Part shown: one piece after another, positions 54,172 to 64,000 of the stretch
Layout of the letters: every line of letters starts with the position of its first letter
Position numbering within the stretch: the stretch's first letter is position 1
DNA from: Octopus vulgaris
Taxonomy: Eukaryota
DNA: 64,000 nucleotides
Assembly: GCA_951406725.2 (NCBI GenBank)
Contig: OX597818.1
Coordinates: 43,338,001 to 43,402,000, forward strand
Direction: 5' to 3'
The notes under the pieces: model-generated
Databases searched by the model: none
Told to the model about the DNA's origin: nothing
What the model saw: only the letters and a program-made list of their open reading frames with translations
Translations under genes and position numbers: made by a program

Positions 54172-56000
54172 TGGACAAATTTTTATTGAGATCTCACAAA
54201 AATGAGAAAGAGAGTCATAGCAAACAAGATGAACACCAGAATAAAAAGTCCACCTCAAAAATATAATGAAAATATAATGAAAATTACATCCAATATGGTT
54301 TTATGCTATCGGAAAAAGACAATTTGGTTCCTTTTTGTATGATTTGTTTAACAACACTCTCAAACGAAGTGATGGTTCCCAGCTGTGGCAGCTCATGTAT
54401 AGGCACTGCGGAACTGCAGCAACCCCTATTTTCACTTGATATTATCGATAACATTCAATATAATGAGTCCTTTTTTCTTTAATTCTTTCTTTGTACTTGT
54501 ACATTATATAATCCTTAAGCTTAATGTCAGCAGCCATCCCCTAATTTATGAAAAAATACAAAAATCCTTATATAGAACTGTGCACTCCACAGTTTCAGCA
54601 ACATGGTGTTTGGCTGTTGTGTGTATGCTCACATGTCCGAGATAGGAAGCTTCACACTAGGGAGAGAGAGAACTGCATGAACAACAGTGCCGTCCCCAGT
54701 GTTCCAATGAAATGTAATGTTTCTCTTTGACTCTGCATGTGTTGTGTTTATATTCTTGAATGTGATAAAGTGTAGAATTAGATTATTATCCTGCTTCCAG
54801 CTTCAGTGTTGCTGCCAGGACTTGAAAAATAGGGCACATTCCACCCCACTCCACCCCATTTTGTAATTTAAAGGGGATTTTTGAAAAATAAGGGGGAATT
54901 CACAGTAGTATTCAGCGTACAAATTAAACACACTACCTGGCAGTGGCTAAAACATGAACCAATCAAGTTTATGTATAAATATTCTTTTTATGTTTGCTTC
55001 CTTTTACACAATATGAAAAACAACAGCTTAAAATTTTCTGAAGCAGCACCCCAACTAATTTTATCTACAAGCTGCCACTGTTTTCAGGAAACTTCAATGT
55101 CATTTAATAATAAATAATCTGCAACATAAGAACAAACCAAAAGAATACTTTGAGATGCTAGAAAATAATTCAAAAATTCAATCAAAAAGGCTGAAGAAAT
55201 TTTGCTCAATTCCTGAGAAAGCTCAAATTGCTAGTTACAAAATTGCCCAGTTTTTGGCAAAGAAAAGAACCACATTTTGATGCCGAAAACATTATTTTAC
55301 CAGCCTTGGAGATCACTGTTAGTAAAATGATTAGTGATGAAGCCATCAAACAAATTAAGACCATTCCTTTGTCTGCCCACATAATTTCTTGTAAAATTCA
55401 AAACATTTCACAAGACATTGATGATCAATTCTGTTAACATTTCACTGAAGCAAAAAATGATCTCAAAACCTTGTGGGCCTTACATATCGATGAAAGTACA
55501 GACATCAGCAACAAAGCTCAACTAATTTCATTTCTGTGAATCATCAGGGTGGTAAAGTCAGTTTTTCTTTTGTTGTGAATTGAAGGAAAGAATGACAGGA
55601 GACGGTGTTTTTAACCTGGTGAACCAAAATGTTGTATTGAGAGGGATGCAGTGGTAAGCTTGTATTAGCACTTACACTGATGGCACTCCATCCATGCAGG
55701 GTCGAAAAATTGCTTCGTGACTCATGTATTACAAAAAAATTCACAAGTTAAAATTGTACATTCATGATTCACTGCCAAGTTTTGGTGTCAAAATCTCTAC
55801 CTGATGGTCTCCTGAAGACGATGGACAATATTGTTAAAGTGGTGAATTACATAAAATTGCATTCCCTATGGTGCAGATTTTTGCATCGTTATTCTGGATT
55901 TGAATTTAAGTCAGCAAGGAGTGAATAAAAATATCATTACAATTACAGATAAATTAAAGTCTTTCACAAACAAGTTAGAACTGTGGATTGTTTCAGTGAT
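54172..56000 (+). pseudogene. Decayed Buster/ZBED5/SCAND3-like hAT transposase, interrupted at ~54383-55080 by a further insertion
   Basis: Broken frames give KYNENYIQYGF...PFCMICLTTLSNEVMVP, PHFDAENIILPA...IKTIPLS...IQNISQDI and ALHIDESTDISNKAQL, all characteristic Buster-type motifs. Many stops and frameshifts. Confidence 0.8.
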
Positions 56001-57294
56001 TTGTTTCAGGACCCCCATGACTAGTGGGAGAAAGTTATTCTCAGACCAGAGTGCTGACCTGAATACTTGCAACAGAATATACTCCAATTGAAACACTCAA
56101 GGACCTGATGGTTTTGTTTGTAGCAGAAGTGATTTACACTGTCATTATGTATGAGATGTTTTTGTTATGGGTTATCTAGGCTTAAATACCCAAATATCGG
56201 CTCCACAAGCCATATCATTCCAGCAGATCACATGACCCCATGATTAAACGAACCCATTGTTTGTATTGGATGGCTTCCAGCCATCCAATTGTGTTGATGC
56301 AACAGTTCATTTTTCCTTACATGGGAAATTAATCACCAGCTCCTGGGACCCTATTATTCTCTATAAAGATGGTAGTTTTCGACTGCTCTAGGTCTTTGGC
56401 ACACACCACTGACCACATGCAACTTGTCTCCAGCAACGATGTATTTGACACCAGCCAGTCTCCACTTCCATCTCTACCAGATGCCTGCCTACATCGTTGC
56501 TGTATGAGCACTGCACAACCAACAGACCATTGGCTGCCTCTGCACTCCACCAAACAGCACATCAACTATAACTACAAGATCAACAGTCCAGCCTAACCAC
56601 GAAGTCTCTCACACATACTTGTAACCTGTTATGTTATTTTATTTTATGTGTGGCAATCATTTTATTTTAAAATGGAGAATAAATCATCGCTTATCTGTTA
56701 ATTTCATCTCAAGTTATATATCATTTTACATTTCCCTCATTTACTCTTCTTCATTACATGTTAAACCAGGCAATGAATTAAGTCTATCATTAATGAGATT
56801 AATTAGGACTCGGTCAAAGCTATTCTCTAGGAATGTTTGCACTAATTAGATGCTCAAAATGTCAACTCCCAAAACTGAAGGAGCACCTAGCCTCTTAAAC
56901 TTGAATTCAGAAGTATTTCATAAATGAGACAGAACGTGATTTGTTGCTTTAACCGCAAGCTGTAATGTGACAATTTCCTCTCATTGAAATAGTCGAGATT
57001 TAATCCACAAGTAAGATCATGTATGTACTGCATTCTCTTCAATGCTAAGTAATCTCTATTAATTATATGCTCCCCAAGGACAGACATTATAAATTGATGT
57101 AACACTAATTTGCTTATATGCTTGAAACAACCAATTATTTCTTTTCTGATTCACAATGGGTTTTTTTCCTTTTTTTTTTCAGGATTTGAGAAGAGCTACA
57201 TTAACCTTATTCCCAAGAGATATCTCTACATGATTTCCATACATTTTCCAATTAGTAGGGTATATGTATACTTGATGTATATACTTGGTGTAGC

Positions 57295-57635
57295 ATCATC
57301 ATTGTCATCATCATCATCAGCAGCATTTAATGTCCATTGTTCATGCTGGCAGAGGTTGTACGGTTTGACCAGGCTGGTAAGCTGGAAGGCTGCACCAGAC
57401 TCCAGTCTGATTTGGCATGGTTTTCTATGGCAGGATGCCCTTCCTAATGCCAACCACTCCAAGATTGTAATGGATACTTCTACATGCCACTGACATGGGT
57501 GCCATTTGCGTGACACCAGTATCCACCACAACTGCGATTTTGCTTGGCCTGATGGGTCTTCTTCTCAACCATGACATAATGCCAAAGGTCTTGGTCATTA
57601 CCTCCGTGATGCCCAATGCTCAAAAGGAACTCAGC
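57295..57635 (-). mobile_element. 3' end of the (GAT)n-tailed RTE/RTEX LINE family
   Basis: (CAT)n tail plus conserved body. Confidence 0.75.
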
Positions 57636-57664
57636 CATTCAGCATATATGTGTGTGTGTGTATG

Positions 57665-60600
57665 TATATAATTTAAAGAAAAACCTCTATTAAACAATTC
57701 AATAATGAAAGATGTTGTTCACACCCCATAGAAAACACATACTATAAAAACCTTATTTTAAAAATCAATAAAGTACAAAAATAATAAATAGTAAATAGTA
57801 GTAAAAAGACTATGCGTGTTTCATGGCTATATTTTCAAATAGATAATAATAATAAAATAAATTTGGTTTAAAATTAAATCGATCTAATTAATTCTATTTA
57901 AAAATATAGTCACTCATCAGGTCTAAAATAATAATAATAATAATAATAATAAAATAATAATAGAATAAATGTACTTATCTTAACTTATACTAATTATCAA
58001 ATAAATACAGAAAAATATGTGTATTAACTATAAATAATTGAAAAACATTTAACAATATTTCTTAAAATAAAAACATAACTTATCCTATTCAAGGATTTCT
58101 GTTAACTAAAAATTTAAACGTTATATGTAGAACTTAGCATTTATAAGAAATATATCGCGTGAAAATATGGCATAAATATAATTTATAGAATAAATAGATA
58201 GAAATATGTATTTAAGCTATTAAAATTACAAATGTATTTTAGCTGTGAGAATAAGAAAAAATTAACTTTAACATACACCATTTACTGGAAAAATTGTGAA
58301 GTCAAAATAATTTAAAAACATAAAATACATAATATAATAAACATAAATTAAGCTAAATTTCTATAATTTAATCTATTTTCATTAATTAATTTATTTATCT
58401 TATAAACATCTATGTTTCATCTTAATCTAATTATGTAATATACACTATATAATCTCGTGCTAATTTATACACATTTTACTACTACAAATTATAACTACAA
58501 CAATTAGTAACATAAAACAGGGCTTATATATATATACACAAATTAGCTAAACTTATTATACAAGTAATTTAATGTATGTCTACATTTAATTTTTTGTTTG
58601 TCTAAGAAATTAATCAATTTTTTATTATTAGTTAATAATATCTCCTTAAATTCGTTAGTACATAAACAAAAATTACTACCTATTCAATATGATTTTGCCT
58701 TACAAACTATCTCCCAATTTAAATTGTATTTAATATTTCTAGATTTTAGTTCCCATATATATTTACTAAGGCCAGTAGAATTAATTAAATTTCTATTCTT
58801 AAAAGAATTCATCTGTTGAGCCACCCATAATTTAATTTTATTAGAAGTTGACCCTATGTAAATCGCATTTAAATTATAATCATTCCTATTATTATCATCA
58901 ATCAAAGTCACTACACATTTATATATTACATAATTGAAATTACATTTATTATTAAATTTACATTTAGCTTTATCTCTACATGTACAATTAATTATATTCT
59001 GGCCTTTATTATTATTATTGGAATAATTATTTGATTGTTTTTGTAAAACTTATTAAGCTTAAGTTTATTAAAAGAAGAAATAATGTTACCAACATTATTA
59101 GTAGTAGAATAACCAACTACAAAATTATTACTAGAAAAATGTTATTATATTTTCTATTATCTCTAATGAATACTTCAATTATATTTAAAATCTCTTTAAT
59201 AATGTTTGTTTTAACTTGAGCTCCATAAGGAATAATTTGCCAAATTTTGTTCTTATTATTAATATTATTATATTTATTTTTTATATTAAATTTATCATTA
59301 TCATTAAATGAATTAAATTTAATCTTATTTTTTAGTCTATTTATGTTTTGTATTATCATAATATATATTATTAATACCATAATTACCTAAATAAAACTTA
59401 TCATAATTCTTAATGTTAGGTTTATTATTATAAAAACTATAGGAATCATTTATATTATAATCTTTTATATTGTAATTATATTTAGAATTATTAAAGAATT
59501 TAATATTATTATATCCCGCCTCCTGCAGGGCTTCATTATAATAAGGTGTGTGTTTTCAGAAAATCTCAAAATTAGAAGAAAGCAGCGATATTCTTTTAAC
59601 TATATTATCTGTCAACAATTTCTTAATTGAGGGTGGATGATTACTATTAGCATTAATATATCTAAGGTTTTCATTAATTTTATGGAATGGTTGGGTTTTA
59701 CCTGTTATTAAATTAAAATTAGCGTCTAAATAATTAACATTATAGTTCTCATTATATATAGTAATACTTAATCCATATCTTTTAAAAAAAACTATATAGT
59801 TTCTTCTTATATATTCTAGTGTTCGATTGGTGCAATTTTTAGTTATTAATAAAAGGTCATCCCTATATAAACCACCCTCCAACTTTAATTTTTCTAATTG
59901 AAGTTCCGATAATAAATAAATCCATACTAAATCAGTTGCCTGTGCAGAATCGGGTGCTCCCATAGGTATATCAAAATAGTCCTTAGTATCCTTCCTAGCC
60001 CACAATTTTTTATTATATCTAATCAACAATTTCCTGGCCGTTTTAACAACATTAACTTCATCATAAGTCATTCCTACCTTATTCATTGCATAAATTAGGG
60101 CCTTATTAAGTACAATCTCATTAATTATATAATTATATAATTATCTATATCTATTTGAATGAATTTATATCTATTTTTATTTTTAATATTATTAAACTAT
60201 TTTAAAGTATCATTAGTACTATTCCAAAGTTTAAGGTAATTAATTTCATTTAATCTATTAATATATTTATCTAAAATGATCTTACTTAATTTACCTAGAT
60301 CTGATTTACATGGACAAATAAGTCTAACATTTGGGTCAGAATAAAAATTATCCTTATGGTCTTTTAGGGTGTATAGGTACATAAGGTTCAGTTTTATTAT
60401 CTAACTTATATTTCATCATGATTAATTTAGAGGCCTTATTTACATTATAAAGTGTATTTTCTGGAACAATTTTATATTTTATATTCATTTATTTCTCTAA
60501 TAGGTTATCATATAATTTAACATCTAGTTTATACAGGTTCCTAGTTTTATCTGATTGTACTATAATTCCTTCCATATTTCGCATTTCTTAAATTCTAATA

Positions 60601-60895
60601 GCTAGATCTCTTAAATATTCATTATATCTATTTGGGTATTTATGAAATTTAATCTTTTTCACCACCTTCCAAATATTATCCTCTAAAACCTGTATATCCC
60701 AATTATATGTGGGTTCCTTTCTAGATTTAAATTTAGAATTGATATAATTAGTATTCTCTACATCGTTAAAATTAGATACGTTACAATTATTGTAGTAGGC
60801 TTTCCATTTAATTCTATTAATAAAATCTTTAATATTATTAATAAGTTTCAAAATATATTCTTTTCTAGATGGTATAGGAAATATCCTCCAAAGAT
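57665..60895 (-). mobile_element. Decayed, very AT-rich Penelope-like retroelement (RT plus GIY-YIG endonuclease)
   Basis: RT motifs KDHKDNF...VRLICPCKSDLGKLSK, FDIPMGAPDSA, GLYRDD, VNYLD and YINANSNHPPSI. Endonuclease CTCRDKAKCKFNNKC...VIYKC...YIGST...LSKYIWELK. Split over several frames. Confidence 0.9.
57807..57924 (-). ncRNA. Hammerhead ribozyme-like motif at the 3' end of the Penelope-like element
   Basis: Minus strand: AGAC-CTGATGA-GTGACTATATTTTTAAATAG...CTATTTGAAAATATAGCCAT-GAAA-CACGC-ATA-GTCT. Confidence 0.65.
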
Positions 60896-61010
60896 GAATT
60901 CCAAAATGTTATTTTTCTATTCACTAATATCTAGGAACTCATCATCTTCATCATCATCATTTAACATGTTTTCCTCGCTGGTAAGGGTTGGACAATTTAC
61001 CCATTATTCA

Positions 61011-61054
<44 letters not shown>

Positions 61055-61194
61055 ATGTGTGTGTGTATATGTGTATATATTTGCCCATTATTCATTTTGT
61101 TATATATATGGTAAATTTATTGACAATATATTACATATATTTACAATTTAAAATTGTATATATTATATATATTACATATATTTACAATTTACTT

Positions 61195-61443
61195 TTACCT
61201 GTGCAGGTGGCACGTAAAAAGCACCATTTGGACGTGGCTGTTGCCAGTACCACCAAACTGGCCCTCGTGCCGGTGGCACGTAAAAGCACCCACTACACTC
61301 TCGGAGTGGTTGGCATTAGGAAGGGCATCCAGCTGTAGAAACTCTGCCAGATCAGATTGGAGTCTGGTTCGCCAGACCTCAGTCAAATCGTCCAACCCAT
61401 GCTAGCATGGAAAGCGGACGTTAAATGATGATGATGATGATGA
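61195..61443 (+). mobile_element. 3' end of the (GAT)n-tailed RTE/RTEX LINE family
   Basis: Reverse complement of the 22039 and 28628 copies. Confidence 0.8.
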
Positions 61444-61522
61444 CTTTCACCATTGCCCTTAATCTTTTCTCACCTGAAATTTGAATAATGGTAAGTGTAT
61501 ATAAATGTATATGCTTCATCCA

Positions 61523-61561
<39 letters not shown>

Positions 61562-62137
61562 TTTATTTATATGTACGTATGTATGTATGTATGTACGTTC
61601 ATGCAATAGGTCATAACAATACTGAAGGACTGTTATCGGTTTAAAAAAAGAAGATTGATTAAAAAAACAAAGTGAAAGTACTGTTGAAAAGCTTTGTGAG
61701 CATTTTAGCACATATATATTGTGACTGTTGAGAAAGTGATAGCAACTGATATATAATTTAAATATCACATCAACAATTTGATACCTATAATAGTCTACTG
61801 ATCAAATTACCAGAATTTCACTATTGCAGTTATTCGATTATAACAGTCACTGTTATTTAATACAGAAGACACCATCCAAGAACAGAAATGGCTATCACAT
61901 GTAGTGAGTTAACCATTTCCTCTTCATCTCAGACAACCAATTGTAGGATATTGTTGACTCTACAGCAGCAAACTCGTATATTTCATTGTTTGCTCAAGTG
62001 ATGTTAATTGGATAGTAATGATTAAGTACTCAAGACCAATATTTCTAAAGAACAATGCTGTCCTTTTCCTCTTTCCAATGTTGATAACATCGACTAGTTT
62101 TTTTACTAAAATTTGTGACCAGGTTTAAAGTTAAAAA

Positions 62138-62610
62138 TCATCATCATCATCATCATTTAGTGTCTGCTTTCCATGCTGGCATGGGTTAGATGGTTTGACT
62201 GGAGCTGGTAAGCCAGTGATTTGCACAAGGGTTTGTCTATTTTGGCTTGGTTTCTACAGCTGGATGCCCTTCCTAATGCCAACCACTCCACAGAGCATAT
62301 TGGGTGTCTTTTACATGTCACTGGCATGGGTGCCTTTTACATGTGACTGGCACAGGTACCTCTCATGTGTCACTGGCACAGGTGCCTTTCATGTGTCCCT
62401 GACAATGGCCGCAACTACAATTTCAGCCAGCTGGACATGTCTTCTCAAGCACAGCAAATCACTAATGGTCTCAGTTGATTGATATTGCTTCTGTGAGATA
62501 CAGCATCTGAATTTCATATTTCACTACCTCATCCCATGTCTTCCTGGGTCTACCTCTTCTACAGGTTCCCTCCAGTTAGAAATTGGCACTTCTTTATGCA
62601 GCTGTCCTCA
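62138..62610 (-). mobile_element. 3' end of the (GAT)n-tailed RTE/RTEX LINE family, including the last RT codons
   Basis: (CAT)n tail, conserved body and acctcatcccatgtcttcctgggtctacc, as at 36625-36660. Confidence 0.75.
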
Positions 62611-63510
62611 AAACATTATTACAATATTATTACAGTTAATCAGCAAGTTCTGCTCAAAATTTCAGATATGTTTTTCTTTATTTTTTATTCATTAGTTTTA
62701 TTATATGTTACAATAAAATAATGATCTTATCCAAATAATTTAATTAACAACAACTGTATGGTTCTGAGGTTTGCAACCTCATGGTTTCAGGTTCATTCCC
62801 ACTGCACAGCACCTTGAGCAAGTGTCATCTACAACCAATGCTTTGTGATTGAAATTTGGTAGGTAGAAACTACCTAGAAGCCCATCATGTGTGTGTGTGT
62901 GCGCGTGTGTGTGTGTGCATATGTGTGTGTCTTTGTATTTGCCTTTTCCCCACCCTTGTTTGACAACTACTGTTGGTTTGTTGACATCCCTGTAACAGTG
63001 GTTTAGCTTAGAGACCAACCAGAGTTTAAAAAATAAGTAGGGAGGTGGAGTTGAGGGTATTTGAGTGAACTCTTCAAGGGAGTCCCTCTCCAATATAATT
63101 GAAACAAGCAAAAGATAAAAGATAAAACATAGATAAAAAGATAAAAGAGAAATTTAGATAATAAAGAAAAAAATTCTTTTACACAACCTTGTTGGATTTT
63201 ATCATCAGCTCTTAGATTGCATTATTCTTTTCTTTTTTTTTACTTGGGTGGCAATTTTTTTTTATTAATGTGTATATTATTTTATCTCTATTTTATTAGT
63301 TGATGTGTTTTTTATCAATTATAAACTGATTTCCTATATTTTATCAAGTGTTAATATTTATAGTTAGCAAATTACAAATCCTTTTCTAGTGATTACAAGT
63401 TTACCAGAGTATTATTATATTTGCAGTCAATGAATAATATTCAGTTAACTGATTGACTGGGAATAAACTTTCAATGTTATTTTTCTATTCACTAATGTCT
63501 AGGAACTCAC

Positions 63511-63960
63511 AATCATCATTTAACATGTTTTCCATGCTGGTATGGGTTGGACGATTTGACCAGAGCTGGCCAAGCCAGAGAGCTGCACCAGGCTCCAATT
63601 GTCTGTTTTAGCAAGGTTTCTATGACTGGCTGCCCTTCTTAACACCAGCCACTTTACAGAGTGGGTGTTTTTATGTGGCACTGGTACAGATGCTTTCTTC
63701 ATGACACCCACACAGGTGCTTTTTATGTGGTACCAGCATGGTACCACATAAAAAAGGTACCTAACATTAAAATATTTACTTAATATACCTAACACTAAAA
63801 TTTCATGTAGTACTGGCATGGGCGCATTTTACTTGGCACCGACACAAGTGCTTTTTATGTGGCACCTGCACAGGTGCTTTTTATATGGTACCAGCACTCA
63901 TGAGCTTGCAAGACAAGAACCTCTTAGCTGAGAGAGGGAGTGAAGTGGTAGAGGGTGCAT
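63511..63960 (-). mobile_element. 3' end of the (GAT)n-tailed RTE/RTEX LINE family with an expanded internal subrepeat
   Basis: Tail, body and several ggtgctttttatgtgg(c/t)acc units. Confidence 0.7.
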
Positions 63961-64000
63961 AGCCATGAAGAACATGCCTGAATAATTAAATACATATTTT

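Overview
AT-rich, microsatellite-dense animal genomic DNA, most likely a cephalopod (Octopus-like), inferred from the SINE and LINE families rather than shown directly. The left half holds the 3' part of one spliced + strand protein-coding gene. I reconstructed six phase-consistent exons by hand (6017-6140, 9638-9723, 14554-14650, 14968-15058, 26589-26699, 29748-30144), but I do not recognise the family. A ~6 kb SINE-free stretch follows and may be a long 3' UTR. The rest is transposon debris: at least four tRNA-type SINE families, RTE/RTEX and CR1-like LINE fragments, two copies of one internally deleted mariner, a long-TIR mariner, a piggyBac-type MITE, a decayed Buster/ZBED5-like hAT and two different Penelope-like elements (PLEs). 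The most interesting signals are hammerhead-ribozyme-like folds (one at the 3' end of an RT+GIY-YIG PLE with a ~20-bp stem II, one in sense orientation inside an intron), a CRE+CCAAT motif array in the second PLE, a ~480-bp near-perfect inverted duplication, a degenerate 36-bp array with 12-codon periodicity, and several long hairpins. Most ORFs in the supplied track are microsatellite or SINE artefacts. All coordinates were counted by hand, and repeat boundaries are approximate.
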